A DNA stretch of 63,420 nt, filler included, from Octopus bimaculoides (taxonomy: Eukaryota): the NCBI RefSeq assembly GCF_001194135.2. It is 6 parts of 6 records of this genome, joined end to end, with 100 filler letters (N's around TTAATTAATTAA, not from the genome) between each part and the next. Parts side by side here need not be neighbours in the genome. Positions count along the whole stretch, not along the records: positions 57,782 to 63,420 come from NC_068987.1; 5 more parts are not named here. One strand, given 5' to 3'. The notes beneath the pieces are model-generated. The model had not been told where the DNA came from, ran no database searches, and saw nothing but the letters and a program-made list of their open reading frames with translations. Below are positions 61,666-63,420 of the stretch, piece after piece; position 1 is the first letter of the stretch, and every line of letters begins with the position of its first letter. The position numbers were made by a program, and so were the translations under genes.

Positions 61666-62581
61666 TAGTTGAGAACTGAATTAGTGGTGAAGCTTGGAAG
61701 CTGCTGTGATTGACGAAATGGTGAACTTAAGAATATATTCAACCACGCTAGTGGTTGAATGATATTTATATCTATATAGGTGTGTGTGTGTGCGTGTGTG
61801 TATGGGTATGTATGTCTGCGAGCATATATGTGTACGTATGAGCATATATGGGCCTGCTCTTAGAGGTGTGTGTGTGCTCGCACACGTGTGTGTTATATAT
61901 TGCAAAGACATGTATACATACATATATGCACACTTACATGTATGCACAAGTACATTAATACATAAATATAAACAAAGAGACGTATGTACGCATTACATGA
62001 GTGCAAGTGTACCCACGTATACACCCACGTCTTTAAAAAAAACCGTTTAGACCCATTCAAAGAAGCCTTGATATTTAGAAAAATGGTTTAAATTCTGTAA
62101 AGCAATAAAATAAATTGTAAACAAAACACACATACATACATACATATAGACAGACACATACACACACACATACATGATACATACATACACACATACACAC
62201 ATACACATATTTATACATACATACACATACACACACACACGTACATTATACATACATACACACATACATACATACATACATACATACATACATACACACA
62301 AACATACACACACGTACATAAGTACATACATATATACATACATACACATACACATGCATACATACATACACACATACACACACATACGTACACAAATACA
62401 CATACATACATACATACACACACATACATACATACATACATACATACATACGTAATTATTTATGGTGGGTAATTAAGAAGTTCCGTTAGCCTTTAAATGA
62501 TATATAATAGCTTTATTTTATATTTTGTTGCAATTTTGTCGTTATTTATTATCAAGACTGTCGTGGCTATTTATATATAAT

Positions 62582-63420
62582 AGGTGCAGGAGTGGCTGTG
62601 TGGTAAGTAGGTTGATTACCAACAACATGGTTCCGAGTTCAGTCCCACAGCGTGACACCTTGGGCAAGTGTCTTCTACGATAGCCTCGGGCCGACCAAAG
62701 CTTTGTGAGTAGATTTGGTAGACGAAAGCTGAAAGAAGTCCGTCGTATATATATATATATATATATATACATACAGTGAGAGAGAGAGAGAGAGAGAATG
62801 GGAAGAGAGAGAGAGTGTGTATGTGTAGTGTGTACAAGTATATGCACGACTGCAACATCTGCGCCTAAAGTTCCACGTGAATTATTGTCATCTAATTTGC
62901 TCCCAAACGACCGACTGGTTAGTTGGTGTGGCTATTACGAAACTTGGTAGTATTACTTGCTATGATACACAGAGCAAATGCAGAAGGAAATTACTTCAGC
63001 GTTCTGTAAGATAATGCAATAAAATTCTCCCCTGATGATCCGTTGCGATTAAACATGCAATGGCCTTTGGAGCATTTAATGCAAAGTTCCAAACAAACGC
63101 AATGAGGAAACGCGCTTAGGAACTAATGATATAAACTTGTTTTATGGTAATTTCTCTATCTCTCTTTCTTTCTCTCTCTCTCTCTCTCTCTCAGACTTAC
63201 ACACAGTCATACACATGTATATGTGTAAGTATGTATGCTTGCATGTATGTATGTATGGAGTGGCTGTGTGGTAAGTAGCTTGCTTACCAACCACATGGTT
63301 CCGGGTTCAGTCCCACTGTGTGGCACCTTGGACAAGTGTCTTTTACTATGGCCTCGGGCCAACCAAAGCCTTGAGAGTAGATTTGGTAGACGGAAACCTA
63401 AAGAATCCCATCGTATCTAT
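62582..63420 (+). mobile_element. Two SINE-B heads (~62582-62745 and ~63255-63420)
   Basis: GGAGTGGCTGTGTGGTAAGTAG..GTTCAGTCCCAC..ACCTTGG(G/A)CAAGTGTC. Confidence 0.9.

Overview
AT-rich, microsatellite-saturated animal DNA. The SINE and retrotransposon complement looks like an octopus (cephalopod) genome; this is inference from repeat recognition, not a database hit. The window is not one locus. Five identical 100-bp spacers (44 N + TTAATTAATTAA + 44 N) show at least six small scaffolds joined end to end: 1-22035, 22136-32030, 32131-43294, 43395-50162, 50263-57701 and 57782-63420. Almost all listed ORFs are microsatellite or gap artefacts. The only well-supported host coding sequence is a minus-strand terminal exon encoding a chitin-binding peritrophin-A (CBM14) domain at 44931-45124. 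The rest is decayed mobile DNA: three tRNA-derived SINE families; R4/Dong-type REL non-LTR retrotransposons that sit at (AAT)n or (ATAC)n microsatellites; L1/Tx1 ORF2 fragments; Tc1, mariner and maT-like transposases; a Helitron 3' end; Penelope-like remnants with minimal hammerhead-like motifs; several MITE or foldback elements; and degenerate minisatellites. The most interesting signals are the microsatellite-anchored retroelement arrays, the hammerhead-like motifs, and an inverted duplication whose junction is built from templated hairpins. I found no evidence for a wholly new gene system.
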